Shown piece by piece: positions 47,501 to 61,581 of a stretch of 64,000 nt of DNA. A program made the translations under genes and the position numbers. The stretch is from Selaginella moellendorffii (lineage: Eukaryota > Plantae > Lycopodiophyta), in assembly GCF_000143415.4 (NCBI RefSeq), contig NW_003314348.1:435126-499125 (forward strand). Direction: 5' to 3'. The first letter of the stretch is position 1. Every line of letters starts with the position of its first letter. The notes under the pieces were generated by a model, which worked only from the letters and a program-made list of their open reading frames with translations, ran no database searches and was not told where the DNA came from.

Positions 47501-50500
47501 CTCAATGATGAAACTGAACTACCGAAAATGGCAGATAGCATGCCAAACAACTCACAAAACACAACTCAAAGAACACAAAGTATTATTGACTAACAAGCAC
47601 AATGCTCGCGAATGTATCACCTAAAGGAAATAACATCCAAATCTATCAAAACTAACTCGAGCAATAATCAACAGAAGAGAATAAATGTGGGAAGACCAAC
47701 AAACACTCATGCTTGCTAACTATCACAAAAGCCAATCTGAATAGATCCCAGCCAACAATACCAAGGAACTCTAGTTGCCTAAGCAAGTGTTAGCAACATC
47801 CTACTGATGTTTCAAACCCAAGAAACCAATCCAGAGCAAACCACAAAGAACATGTGGTATTGCAAAAAGCCATAAGCCATCAAAGAGAACAACTAACTAT
47901 CATGAAAGATCATCAATCATTCCATCAATAAAGAGATGCATAATCATCATTGAAGAAAGAATCCACCATCCCGAACAATGGCAAATCATTTTAGATCAAC
48001 GATAATCAAGCAAAACCTTCGACAAGGATAATCAACTTTCCTAGATGATAGTCAATCATCACCAATGATTGCTAGATGCAAAAGCCAACTTCAACATTAA
48101 AGCTAATGAGCCAAAATGCCTTCCCCAACAACTTCAAACCAATGGAACAATGAGCATAAAACTCAAAGAACCAAAGCTCGAAGAAACTTATAGCTAAGTC
48201 TTGCCTAATAATGATCACGAGTCTCATAGAAGCAAATTTCAATGCTAAAGAAGAAATCATGGTGCAACCCATAATGTCTTCTTCAACACATCCATAAACC
48301 ATCCAAACTTCATAATGCCAAAGCTAATGAAGAGCATTTCTGCATCAATCCAAAAGCCAAGCATAACGAAGCTATGCCCGACAAGTGATCACTAAACGAT
48401 CCTCCATGAATCCATCTATAGCAAGACGTAACTCACTTCATAACAAGCACAAGAAGAATCACCAATGATCGATATATTCCAACTCAAACCCAATAAGGAT
48501 TCAAACTTTCCAATATCGATCACTAACTCTTCCACTTGTAGAGTTAGCATAGTCCATGACTTAATCACTTTTCAAGGAAAAGCCAGAACTCAACCTCTAC
48601 TAAACAATCTCGTCTAGAACACAACTAACCCAACTTGCCACTTAGTTTATTTGAACGTCAATACAGTTGCTAACTAGCAAATGCACGAATGCTAATAACA
48701 CAAAGCTACAACCAAATCATCAACACTATCTCTATTGAGACTAATGAAACTCAATATCAATCATAAGGATAGACATCTCATCTCACTTGAATCCCAACAT
48801 CAATAATATCAATGACAAGGCATCATTTCAATGCCATTAACACTATAACAAAACTAGAAGAAAGCAAGAGTGAATCACCACTCAAAACTCTCTAACAACT
48901 AAGCTAACCAAGGTCAAAGATACTTAATTTAGTATCCGAGACTAATCCTTCAACAATACTCAGCTACAGATAACACTTCCTCAAGGAGTGAATCACCACA
49001 TCCAAGACTCCATGAAATCCAATACTATGAACTAAATGCAACCAAATGATATAAACAAAGATAGAGTCGACATGCCAACATGGAAAACCCATGTAAGCCT
49101 AACGACACGATCCTCCGCAACACCATCCGGTAAAGCAAGCCCATCACTGCTAAATCATCATCGAGCAAAGCAAGTATCAACAGTCTTTTTGACAAAGTCT
49201 ACAAGTAATCACTAGTCGCAAAGCAACTAACAATCACCCTTCAACTTGCCTTCACAAGACCCAAACACTAACTCATGTCATCGAGTTACATACTTGTCCA
49301 ACATGAACATAATACCCCAGGTATGAGATAAAAGTTCATAGACAAGCACAAACTAAATGACCACTCGAATCCAACTCAACCGCAATAAGCTCACTAATGC
49401 ATTTAGTCAATAGCTCTGAGCATGCCTTGAAGAGGCTAGCTATGCATGATCAACACTCAGTCGAAACTAAAGTGAAGACTATGAGATGAACTCACATCGG
49501 TACACAACCTCCTCATAGACAAAGCTATAGTACGGGTACCAACATCTCAACCTCAAACAACTAAGTTGGACATCACCATCCTCAGCCAAGGTGCAGGGCT
49601 GCCAAGACTAAGTCAAGATCAGTGAGAGCTCACTACTCTCATAGAGTCTTAGCGAAATGCAAGGTGCAACCTGCCACCGAGCATAATGCTACAAAAGAAA
49701 GGCATAAGAGTCACCTTTCTTAGAAAAGTGCAGCGGCCACTTTTCTACACCAACTCCAGACTCTATCCAACTCAATTGCTTTAGCCCCAAAAGTTAGCAT
49801 CCCTTTCGGGTCGCATCATACAAATTACCTACTAAGATCTAAGTCAACCGAAGTCAACTCCAACCCCTTCACTAGTTTGTACTGGCTTTCGAAAAATGGA
49901 ATGGTTTTCGAGCAAAGTGATCAATAGATCAGCCATTGGAAAAGTCTAAGAAAATTTGTGGAAAATTTTCCATCCTAGAGAAAGAATGACTCTCAGTCCA
50001 GGAATGCAAACTTTCAGGACTCAACCAACTTCCTCCTACCAACAACTTCACATAGATTCACCTCAACACAAATTCTCAGGTCCAACAATATGCTTAAGCC
50101 TCGAACATCTTTGCCCATTTTTCCAACATCTAACTCCGACATCCGCAAAGTGCAAAATGAACATCCAAGGCTTGATCACGAAGACCACATCTTCGGATAT
50201 CCACATTGCACTAACACTCTTCTTCAATCACCTTCCAGATCCAATGTGAAGCCAAAACACTAACAAGAAAAATGACATGGAAAATCAAGGTCCAAGGAAA
50301 ATTCCTCATCACTTAAAATAACAATGCCACTTTCACTAACACAAGTGTTAGTGATGTCAATGCCCCAACTACACATCTTCTCCATCCAACAATCTACTCC
50401 AAGTGTTAACGGATCAACCAACAAGCCATAGCTAGTGAATGCTATAACTCTTTTTACCAACACCTAATGGGCAAACTCAAGTAAGCAAGGTACCAACTTA

Positions 50501-51540
50501 AGCTTAGCATAATGGACTACCATTGAGAATCCAGTCAAAGCTACTACAATGTTATTTCGTGCAAGTAGACTAGCTTCTCCATCAACCACTTTGGGGTTGA
50601 TCATCATTTAACCAAGCAACTTCGTAAACACATTGCTCATTATTACATGGATATGATATAGAAATCACAATGACTTGATCATCAATTGAGTAACGCAATG
50701 AGCAATGCCTATGTCATTACTTCACATGTTTATGTGAGTATCAAATGCCAACTCGATTCGACAAAATGCAACATAAATGCCACACTCCACCAATAGAGGT
50801 TTATGACACCCAACACCAATAATTTTTGTTCACAACACGGACAAGCTCATGCCACTCTCTTTCCGACCAAACTCAACACTAATCCAACACCAAGCTACTC
50901 AAGGAGCAATAGCAAGGTTCCCCGGAAAAGAATTGAGCATTGCAACCCAAGTCTTCCGATAGCAAGTCTAGACAAAATGGTTTAGCGTTTCACTGCTATC
51001 CATCCCACAACTCACCATTTGTAAGACCATCATCTCCAATATGCATCAAGGTAGGGACTCTTGATTGCATAATGTGAACACAAGCAATGAGTTAACACCT
51101 CGTTGCAAATCATCTCTCCAAGAAGAGAAGATGATTTACGTATTTGATCCTCCGTCCTCGATGACTCTCTTTTCGGTCTCATCTTTGACCAAACCTCAAG
51201 CTTGCTTTCGCACTGCCTTCAGTTCAATCCAAGAAAAGTTTATGAGAGAGCACGGCAATGATTACTTGAACCAATAGACTATTCCCTACAATCTTGATTG
51301 ATCCACTTATAATCATGCCTAGGAAAGATCCACTAGTGTCGCGCTAAATAGCTACGGACCAGCCTATTTGCCACTCATAGCAAACCCAGGTAGGTTTGCT
51401 TTCACCCATGGTACAAGGAATAACTCATGGAACCACCGATATGCTAACATTAATCCTGCCAACTCTAAGTGTAACCTCGAGTTGCTAATGCGCCTCACTC
51501 ACGAGCCCAAGCGCAAACTCGTGTAATGGAACAACTCAGT

Positions 51541-52157
51541 TGTGAGACACAAAATCCCTAGGCCCCAAAGTGGAGCCGGAAAGGGTGCCACGTGGTAGTG
51601 GCTGAAGCGAGAGCCAAACGAGCGTAACACGTTTGGACCAAAAGCTCCGACTTGAAAAGTCAAGAGCGGGAGTGGAACTCCCAAAGAAGGGCTCGAGGAA
51701 CGAGCACGAAGCGAGCAAAAAGCGAGGCTCCAAAAAGGGACCCAAAAGGACCAACACATGACACGGGGGAGTGTCCGAGATAAACTCGAGTTGGAGTCCG
51801 AAGTGGAGTCCGAGATGGACCCGAGTTGGAGTCCGAAGTGGAGTCCGAGATGGACCCGAGTTGAAGTCCGAAGTGGAGTCCGAGATGGACCCGAGATGGA
51901 GTCCGAGATGGAGTCCGAAGTGGAGTCCGAGGTGGACCCGAGATGGACCCGAGATGGAGTCCGAAGTGGAGTCCGAGGTGGACCCGAGATGGACCCGAGT
52001 TGGAGTCCGAGGTGGAGTCCGAGATGGACTCGAGATGGAGTCCGAGATGGAGTCCGAGATGGAGTCCGAGGTGGACCCGAGATGGACCCGAAATGGAGTC
52101 CGAGATGGAGTCTGAGATGGAGTCCGAGATGGAGTCCGAAGTCGAGACCGAGACCGG

Positions 52158-52189
<32 letters not shown>

Positions 52190-55100
52190 TCGGGACCGAG
52201 ACCAAGACCGAGGCCGAGGCCGAGACCGAGCCCGAGCCCGAGTCCGAGTCCGAATCCGAGTCCGAGTTCGAGTCCGAGTCCGAGTCCGAGTCCGAGTCCG
52301 AGTCCGGAGCCTGAGAGGGTGAAAGCCCAAAGCGTTCGTCTCCCAGACCCTGGGGGGTTTGGTGAGCTCCAAAAGTATAGTAGGGGGAGGACTGCAGTGG
52401 AGCCAGTTTGGCCAGGAAAGGCCAGTTTGGCCCAGGAGGGCCAGACCCAGTGTTGGGTGATGAACTGACCACTGGGAAGTCCAAGACTAGAGTGAATACG
52501 GACCGACAAGCGGGGTAGCTTGGTGAAGTGTTCAAGAGCCGGCTCTAGTTCCCCCGGGAGATCGACTGGCCGATGCTCCCAGTCCAAGTGTGGGTGGCAC
52601 TACCTACTTGGATACCTGGTGTGGCTCAACGGAACCCGCTCTAAGCCCATGGCTAGAGCACCCAAGGGCAGAAGGCGAGGAGAGTACCCAGGTGGCTCGC
52701 GTAAGGCCACGGTGTTCCGAAATGTCGTCCCAAAGGCCCAGACTGTGGAAAGGAAGAGGAGCAGTCCTCTGGGGTAGTGACCAAGGACACAGTCGTGTGG
52801 TGAGGAAGTCCCAGAGGACTGTGGGACTTAGTGGTCGGGCCTGTGGGTCTCGATCCAGTGGCAGTGTTGGCAAACACGGCCAGGGGCAGAAAGGGACTTA
52901 GTGGGGACTGACAGAGGGATATTGGGGAAGGCTATTCCCCTTGTCGGTGGGCATCCTAAGGATGCTAAGGAGTGGATCTGAGATGACCACTCACGGATGG
53001 TTTGCCTAGTCTTGGAGGGCCAAGACGGTGATGCAAGTGGTGTTGGACCACCAGTGTGACCAAGGTAAATGGGCATGGCCTTAGCGTAACGGGCCGGTAC
53101 GTCGGTGATACCTTGGGGTGTCGATCATGGGATCGGACACGTGGAGCACTTGGACCAAGTGCTAAGGTTGAGTGGCATGGATGCCATTCTCGGGGCAAGC
53201 AAGCCCCAAGTCCTGAATTGGACTAATGGAGGTTGTGAATGAGACTCCTCCAAGTGGTCAGACATGTGGTTAAGTGACTAAAGTAAAATGGAAAATTTAG
53301 TCCCTTACAATTTGGTATCGGAGCTGTTCCTTAGTCCGACTTTTATTGGTGCTCAAGTATATCACCACTAGTGTTGGCATCGGAAGGTCCGAGGAGTGGG
53401 CCTATCCTTGAGGAGTAGCAAGTCGGGAAGACATGGCTCTCCATTACAGTTCATGTGTGAACTTGTAGACGAGGTGGTGGATAGAAAAGGGCCAATAATG
53501 GAACGACTTTGGGATCTTGGGAACAGTGCAAGGTTTTCCTCATTGAGTTGAGGATGTGATCCGGATGAGCATTTGTCTCAGCAAATTGGCTTAGGTTGTT
53601 GTGGTAAACAACTAAAGTTGGGATCACGGGAAAGATAGAGACTCCAAAACAATAAAGGAGTCACAAGATTATCCTCATATAGTTGAGGTTGGTGCTCATG
53701 AATGTGAGACCAAAGGTAATGACCGTGGAAGGTCAAATACGGAAGAGGACTCAAGTCCTTGAAATGGTAGCCGGGGCTACCTCTAACAAATGCTGGAACA
53801 ACCCAAGGAGTTGGGGGTGTATTAAGTGGATGAGTTGGTATTCTCATCACATGGACAAGTAGTCCTAAGGGGCAAAGGTTGCCCCCAGAGAACAAAATCA
53901 AGTGTCGGAGTAACACTTGTGAAAATAGTCCTTTTGAGTAGGACCGGAATGCAAGAAGTGTATTCCAGTGAGCTAGTGCCTCACAAGTAGGACCTTACGG
54001 GTCGGTGGATTAACCAAGTCCAAAACTGTTAGACGACTCAAGTAGAGTCAAGGGATGGTCCTAAAAAGGACTGAATGAAGCATTTGGACTGAGGTGCGTT
54101 GTACCCCACAAAGGATGGGGGGGATCATAGGATCCAAGGATGAGAACAGAGAGTATCTCATTGATGGCAAAATGTGCCATGTTAAAGTTGTGGGAAAGGT
54201 GTTCCCAGAAGGAAACAACTTTGACATAAAGTTGTGTGTGACCTCTATGGGGAAGTGCTAACGGATGGTTGGCATGAGAAAGAGCGGTGTTAGTCTTGGC
54301 AAAGACTTAGACACGAAGGGAAATGTCATAGAGGTAGGCTCGTGGAGCCGATGGTGTGGAGACACCAAATGTGCCAAGGTGTGATACCTTGAGGCTATGT
54401 TGGTGGGTTCATGAAAACCCCTTGCCAAAGGAATCCCAATGGAAATGGGAATGGTATAGCTTAAGCTGCAGAGCATGCAGTTGGAGTGTGGTGACCCAGA
54501 TAGTGATGGAGGTGTGAAAGCACCAAGCAATGAGTTGTAGGACTTGACAACTATGAGGCAACTAAGCAAGAGGTGCAAAATAACTGGTTAAACGGGTAGA
54601 AGGTAGCTACCCAAGACTTCTAGTATAGGGAAGTCGGATATACCCTTACGGGGGATAAGTTGCTTATGTTGCGATATAGTAAGTCAATGTCATAAAAGGA
54701 AATACTCATTGTCAAGAAAGCCATCATTGGGACACCCGAACACTCTAGAACACCAGAAGGTGGTGTTTGATGTCGCGAGGGCAATGGATAAAGCCCAAGG
54801 GACTAAGTCCCTAGCGAATGATGGATAGAAGGTGCTATCCAAATGTCCAAGGTTGCGGAGACAGGAGAGGACTGTTTACCCAAGTTGGACAAAGCCAAAA
54901 ATGGAATTTTGGCAAGGCTAGTGATGGGCATGTAAAGGCCCATAAGCAACAATGTAACCCCAGTGTGTGGGATTATAAGCTGAGCATACCCGGATTGAGG
55001 AACCACTCCCCGGGCTATTGGGTAGGTTCATCCCTAAGAATACTTGCTAAGGCATGATAGAAAGTGCAAAGCTATCCTCCTGGTCTGGAGGAGAATGACC

Positions 55101-57973
55101 GAAGGAAAGGTGTGAAGCCAAAGGCAAGTAGTGTTGGGATGGAACGGAACCATAGAAATCAAAGGGCATATCCAACAGTGGTTATGAAAGTTGGGAGTGG
55201 AGAATCAAGAGGGTGCTCGAGGATGTTGTTGCTAGCAACCGTGATGCCATGGAGAGTCTAAAATATGGAATTGTCCATGTTAGACTATATGGCAACTATA
55301 AAGCTTGCGAAAGGGGAGGCCTTAGCAAGCTGAGGGACAGAGTTCCTTCAAGGTTCCCAAAGACGATTCTAGGTAGCGTAGTACCTAGAAAGGTCAAGTG
55401 TAAATGGTTCATGGAACGCGCGAAATCAGAGTGGCGCAGCAGAAGCGTGGTCTTGAAGCTTGCCATGAGGCAAGGTTATCAAGGTTAGGGAAGTAGTTCC
55501 CGAGTGTTCAAAGAGAGGGCTTTGAACGAAAGTCGATGGTCAAGGACTTTCACGCTTATGCAGGAACCATGTTACAATGGTCGGAGGACTTGCCAAGTGA
55601 GATTGGCCCGTCGGGGGAACAAAGACCCTAGTTGAAGGTGATATCTTCAAAAAGGGTGGGCCAGGGGGCCGAGCATGGAGGATTCCATGCATGATCACAG
55701 ACATGTCAAGTGAGAGGACTTGGCAGTGTGGAGGAACTAGGTTCCTAAGCTGTGATCTGTAGCGCGCTTTAAAAATAAGTTGGTGCACCGGCGTGGGGAG
55801 TCACGCCAGGCATCTTGTGTGATGCCGTCCGTAGATGCATATACGGAGGTTGGGTTCGAGTCCCGACCCTCTAGTGCTTGGGTTCGAGTCCCAAATCACT
55901 AGGGCGTGGTGATGGTTTGGAATATGAGGACACTCATATTTCGGTGGTCATGGACTCTCAGTGGGGAGACTGGTTTGGGCACACCGCCAAGCGAGGGATG
56001 CCTCGGAGTCATGATGCACGGTTAGATTGCTTAGTGTGAAAGCTCAGCATATCTAACTTGAACGCTTTGGTGCAAGTGGCACCAAGGTCGTGGTGAGTGA
56101 GATGGGGACACCTAATCTCAGTTGCTATGAACCCTTGGCCGTAAGGGCTGGCTTGGGTGCACCGCCAAGTGTGGGGGATGCCCCCGGGGTTATAGTCAAC
56201 AACTTGGAGGTCTAGAAGACCAAGTACCTCTTGGCAACTCTATTAAGGTGCCAAGGTGAGATCACTAGGTGATCTTATGGCCAGATAAGGACAAGGTCCT
56301 TAGTTGGCTAAGGAATGAAGTTCCTGGTTCAAAATGTTGAAATTGAACTGTTTAAGGTGGTGTGGCTTGGTCGTGATGACCAAGTGGGAAGAGCACCTAA
56401 GGGAAATAAACTATGTCCGTGAGATGGCATAGTGAGTCCGAGGAAAGTAGTCTCTATAAAAGACCCATGGGAGGGTCACGAAGTTGGGCCGTGGATAGAG
56501 CCCATAGCAGAAGATGCTAAAGAGACGTACTAGGGGTGAACATCCTCCGGACTTGGCAAAGAAGAGTCTTTGTTATGGAACCGAAACAATATCTCAAGGA
56601 GGGAGGTAGAGATTCGATGTTGCTTGGTGCAACAATCAACGGATAGGAGCAAAAGATGAGTGGCCAAGATAGGGCCGTGGAATCCCTTGGGGGGAATCCA
56701 AGTGACAAAGTTAGGCGAGGAACACTAATGTGTTGGACGCTAACAAGTTGCGGGAAAGGAAGTGTGTTTCCAAGGAGGGATTCCAAAATGCTCCGATTTG
56801 GCGAAAGTGGAAGCTCCAAGGGAGGGAGCGGTAAGGTAGCCAAATGATAGGGCCATGAACAGCCCTAGCACAAAGTATGATAACTGGAACTTTGGCACGA
56901 AATAGAAGAGAGGATGATGGTGCCCTCGAATAGAGAACTTCCTAGGATGGGAAGTGGAGTTGCACAAAAGGTGTAAGGCAAGGTGTCGGAGACACCTAGG
57001 AAATTGACTCCAAGGAGTCAAAATTCAAAGTTCCAAAGTGCAGAGGTTATATCGATGGAAATTGAGACTACTCGAGAAGGAGTAGTGGGATTGACTTAGA
57101 GAAGGGTCTCTAAGAGGTTTAGCGAGAACTAAACCAATAAAAGGAGAGAACCATTACATGTGGTCCAATCAGTCTCTAAGTTGGAGAGACTACGCTCCTT
57201 AAAGGATGGACAAGGCATGGTGAGCCTTTGGTGTCAAACCATAGACAAAGATTGGCTAGGTGCCAAGGATGGAAAAGGTAACACGTGTGGGTGTTACTTT
57301 ATGAAAGGGTTTACCATTCGATGAGGACATCGAACTTCGTCTATAGGTGGTGGAGTTGTGAGACACAAAATCCCTAGGCCCCAAAGTGGAGCCGGAAAGG
57401 GTGCCACGTGGTAGTGGCTGAAGCGAGAGCCAAACGAGCGTAACACGTTTGGACCAAAAGCTCCGACTTGAAAAGTCAAGAGCGGGAGTGGAACTCCCAA
57501 AGAAGGGCTCGAGGAACGAGCACGAAGCGAGCAAAAAGCGAGGCTCCAAAAAGGGACCCAAAAGGACCAACACATGACACGGGGGAGTGTCCGAGATAAA
57601 CTCGAGTTGGAGTCCGAAGTGGAGTCCGAGATGGACCCGAGTTGGAGTCCGAAGTGGAGTCCGAGATGGACCCGAGTTGAAGTCCGAAGTGGAGTCCGAG
57701 ATGGACCCGAGATGGAGTCCGAGATGGAGTCCGAAGTGGAGTCCGAGGTGGACCCGAGATGGACCCGAGATGGAGTCCGAAGTGGAGTCCGAGGTGGACC
57801 CGAGATGGACCCGAGTTGGAGTCCGAGGTGGAGTCCGAGATGGACTCGAGATGGAGTCCGAGATGGAGTCCGAGATGGAGTCCGAGGTGGACCCGAGATG
57901 GACCCGAAATGGAGTCCGAGATGGAGTCCGAGATGGAGTCCGAGATGGAGTCCGAAGTCGAGACCGAGACCGG

Positions 57974-58005
<32 letters not shown>

Positions 58006-59125
58006 TCGGGACCGAGACCAAGACCGAGGCTGAGGCCGAGACCGAGCCCGAGCCCGAGTCCGAGTCCGAATCCGAGTCCGAGTTCGAGTCCGAGTCCGAG
58101 TCCGAGTCCGAGTCCGAGTCCGGAGCCTGAGAGGGTGAAAGCCCAAAGCGTTCGTCTCCCAGACCCTGGGGGGTTTGGTGAGCTCCAAAAGTATAGTAGG
58201 GGGAGGACTGCAGTGGAGCCAGTTTGGCCAGGAAAGGCCAGTTTGGCCCAGGAGGGCCAGACCCAGTGTTGGGTGATGAACTGACCACTGGGAAGTCCAA
58301 GACTAGAGTGAATACGGACCGACAAGCGGGGTAGCTTGGTGAAGTGTTCAAGAGCCGGCTCTAGTTCCCCCGGGAGATCGACTGGCCGATGCTCCCAGTC
58401 CAAGTGTGGGTGGCACTACCTACTTGGATACCTGGTGTGGCTCAACGGAACCCGCTCTAAGCCCATGGCTAGAGCACCCAAGGGCAGAAGGCGAGGAGAG
58501 TACCCAGGTGGCTCGCGTAAGGCCACGGTGTTCCGAAATGTCGTCCCAAAGGCCCAGACTGTGGAAAGGAAGAGGAGCAGTCCTCTGGGGTAGTGACCAA
58601 GGACACAGTCGTGTGGTGAGGAAGTCCCAGAGGACTGTGGGACTTAGTGGTCGGGCCTGTGGGTCTCGATCCAGTGGCAGTGTTGGCAAACACGGCCAGG
58701 GGCAGAAAGGGACTTAGTGGGGACTGACAGAGGGATATTGGGGAAGGCTATTCCCCTTGTCGGTGGGCATCCTAAGGATGCTAAGGAGTGGATCTGAGAT
58801 GACCACTCACGGATGGTTTGCCTAGTCTTGGAGGGCCAAGACGGTGATGCAAGTGGTGTTGGACCACCAGTGTGACCAAGGTAAATGGGCATGGCCTTAG
58901 CGTAACGGGCCGGTACGTCGGTGATACCTTGGGGTGTCGATCATGGGATCGGACACGTGGAGCACTTGGACCAAGTGCTAAGGTTGAGTGGCATGGATGC
59001 CATTCTCGGGGCAAGCAAGCCCCAAGTCCTGAGTTGGACTTATGGAGGTTGTCAATGAGACTCCTCCAAGTGGTCAGAGGTGTGGTTAAGTGACTAAAGT
59101 AAAATGGAAAAGTTAGTCGCTTACA
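51541..59125 (+). mobile_element. Family A copy 3, nested in the family-B element
   Basis: 1769-bp LTRs 51541-53309 and 57357-59125, TSD TCAGT, PBS TGGTATCGGAGC 53313-53324, PPT AGGTGGTGGAG 57345-57355. Confidence 0.96.
55790..56200 (+). ncRNA. Putative structured RNA domain of family A (homologues on minus strand at ~6331-6740 and ~27140-27545)
   Basis: Consecutive hairpins, two T-arm-like stems, and two paralogous four-way junctions with compensatory changes (paired by eye). Confidence 0.6.
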
Positions 59126-59801
59126 TCAGTCCACCCTATAAGCCCAAGAGCAAGCTCACATAATATGGAACAAAAAGGTAACCAAAACCTATCCCAAGGA
59201 ACGATTGCGAAGTCTTTGCACCAAAACGTGTACCCACTCGGATCATCGTTTTCATCTCTGCGTATGCAACGAGACTAGTTGCCCAATCTCATTGGATAGT
59301 TCTCGCCGAGACTCATTCTCTGATACCAAATGTAACGCACGTGGTTTTGACCCTTTATACTATGGTGATTTACCATAGGATAACACCACGAAGCGGAACC
59401 TAAACCCTCTTTGTGCCACGTGACAGATGCCACGTGTCACATGCCACGTGTCCTTAGGAACCCGAGGTTCAGGGCCTTGGGCCACTGAACAAACGAACGG
59501 TGCCAAACTCCCAAGCGTGACGCCAAGGAGTGATGAAACCGGACCACGGAGCAACTCCCGAGCATATAGCCTAAGGAGCGAAGGGACAGGGGCCCGGAGC
59601 GACTTGGAACAGTCCTAGAGCAACCAGCATCCCAATGCCAGGACCAGCACGCAAAACGGAGCCAAATAGAGTCTGGCACTATTTCGGCATACCGGTGGCC
59701 TAACGCGAGGATATGGGTACTCCACCAACTAGTATGGAATGGAACTTAAGCTTAGACCCAAGCCGGACGCAGAACAAGGATAAGCACTCAAGCGGGAGCT
59801 A

Positions 59802-59901
59802 NNNNNNNNNNNNNNNNNNNNNNNNNNNNNNNNNNNNNNNNNNNNNNNNNNNNNNNNNNNNNNNNNNNNNNNNNNNNNNNNNNNNNNNNNNNNNNNNNNN
59901 N
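59802..59901. other. Assembly gap (100 N) inside family-B LTR
   Basis: N-run next to a poly-C tract; the sister LTR (46089-46161) implies about 73 bp are missing. Confidence 0.97.
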
Positions 59902-61387
59902 CCCCCCCCCCCCCCCCCCCCTTGAGGAACACACGCTTTGGGCTTTCACCCCAAGCCTCCCTTAGTACTAGGAGTTGGTCTCTGGGACAAGCTCGAAACT
60001 TACTAAATATGGAATGTCCTTAGATTGCGAATTTGGACACGGGATGAACACCATTGTGTTCAGGCCGATCTCTACATTCCGTAGATATGCTAAATGAGCA
60101 AATCTGGACACTTTCCATAAATAGCATTTGGGACGAATTGAGACTAACACCAAGGGCATGATAGCGAGGGTGTTTGGCAGACACGGTAAGCTATCATCTA
60201 GCGATGTTGAGGGACCAAGCTCAATATCGCGGGGGTTCCCAACACTAGCAAGTGCAAGTCAACGAATGAGTTTCTCTAACCAGGTCAAGTATGCTTGACT
60301 AAATAGACACTTAGGAATTCCTTCCTTATGCTCATCTGATCAAGTGCACACGCGAGGACCAGTTTCTCAACTAGCTTAGGCGGAGACTGATAACGGGTCC
60401 AGCAATACCAACCTCCTGCCGTCGTGGCAGTAAGGTAAGAATATCCGAAAGGACTAGCCGACAGGTAACTTTCGATACCTGAAGTCACATTCGCGACAAT
60501 ACCTTCTATATATAGTTAAGTAATGTAGTTTCAAAATAAACTATAGATATTCAATATGTATAGAATATTCTTATCTCAATCATATACTATATATTGCATA
60601 TATATATTTTATTGTTTACAACCTTCAAAACTATACAGTGTAATTTAAAACTATAATTCTAAACTATATCTATATACATGGACTTGTAATTTCTTTCTAG
60701 TTGGATGATAAAGGATTTGTAAATTGCAATATCCAGACTCATTCATCATCTTGAACATCCCAGCCTGTTCTACAAGGACCCACAAAGAACACACCACACT
60801 ACTTATAGCATATGTGATTATAAAATGAGATTTAGATATATTGTCAAGGTAGGTCTTTGAAACTTTAGGAGATATATAAAATAACCATTAAAGGCTTTTT
60901 TATTGTCCCTCTTTCAATTGATTTCAAGAAAGAGATATAACACTACCTAGAACCTCCACTTGGGAAATATTTCCTCCTATCCTCCTAGTCACAACCTCCT
61001 TCTAGTAGAGACTCGAGGATATCCTTCAGCAACTCTTAGGCATACTTTGTCCTAACATTTTTAGTAATTAAGCTTGCAATATTTAAGAAGCAAAAAGTGT
61101 ACATGCTATTTAATATCCCATCTATAGAATTGGAGAAGCTATATTGCATGCACTTCCAATAATATCCCAATTGTTGGACTCTCATTTTGTATTAAAGCTT
61201 TGTATAGCTTTTGGCTTTAGATATTTCTATACATATATTACTCACTTTGTAGTAAATTGCAAGGCTCTAAAGGAGCATGTTGTGTGTGATGAGATCCAAC
61301 TAATGATGCCTTTATGTTGCATATTCATTGAGCAATCCCTCTTAGTTGAGGATACTTTTCAAGAAAATATTAATAATAGTGTTATAG

Positions 61388-61581
61388 TGTAAGAAACCAA
61401 AAAGAATAACTTGAGAAATAATTTATAAGGTTAAAATATAAAAGAAAAGGGCTTATGAATAAGAATGCACCCTTTTTTTTAATCAATTAAGGGTTTTGGG
61501 ATATTTACGGTTAAGTGTCTTTAGGTTTGAATAATACTGGGTTAAGTGACCTTCTAAAAAGTCTAAATTTAAAAACTTACA
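61388..61581 (+). mobile_element. Cassandra solo LTR, AT-eroded
   Basis: TG..CA, 194 bp, TSD TATAG, residual 5S box (GGTTAAGTG..TTTGAATAATACTGGG..GTGACC). Confidence 0.85.

Larger units (their letters stand above)
45642..60498 (-). mobile_element. Full-length family-B LTR element with non-coding or unrecognisably decayed interior
   Basis: LTRs 45642-46750 and 59331-60498, TSD ATACT/ATACC, PBS TGGTATCAGAG (59318-59328, minus), PPT AAGGGGGGGAGAG beside 46750. No gag/pol ORF recognised. Confidence 0.92.

Noticed and set aside
55850-56019. Genuine tRNA gene
   Set aside because: T-arm motifs and cloverleaf-like units are separate; no D-loop/A-box, anticodon arm or 7-bp acceptor in register.
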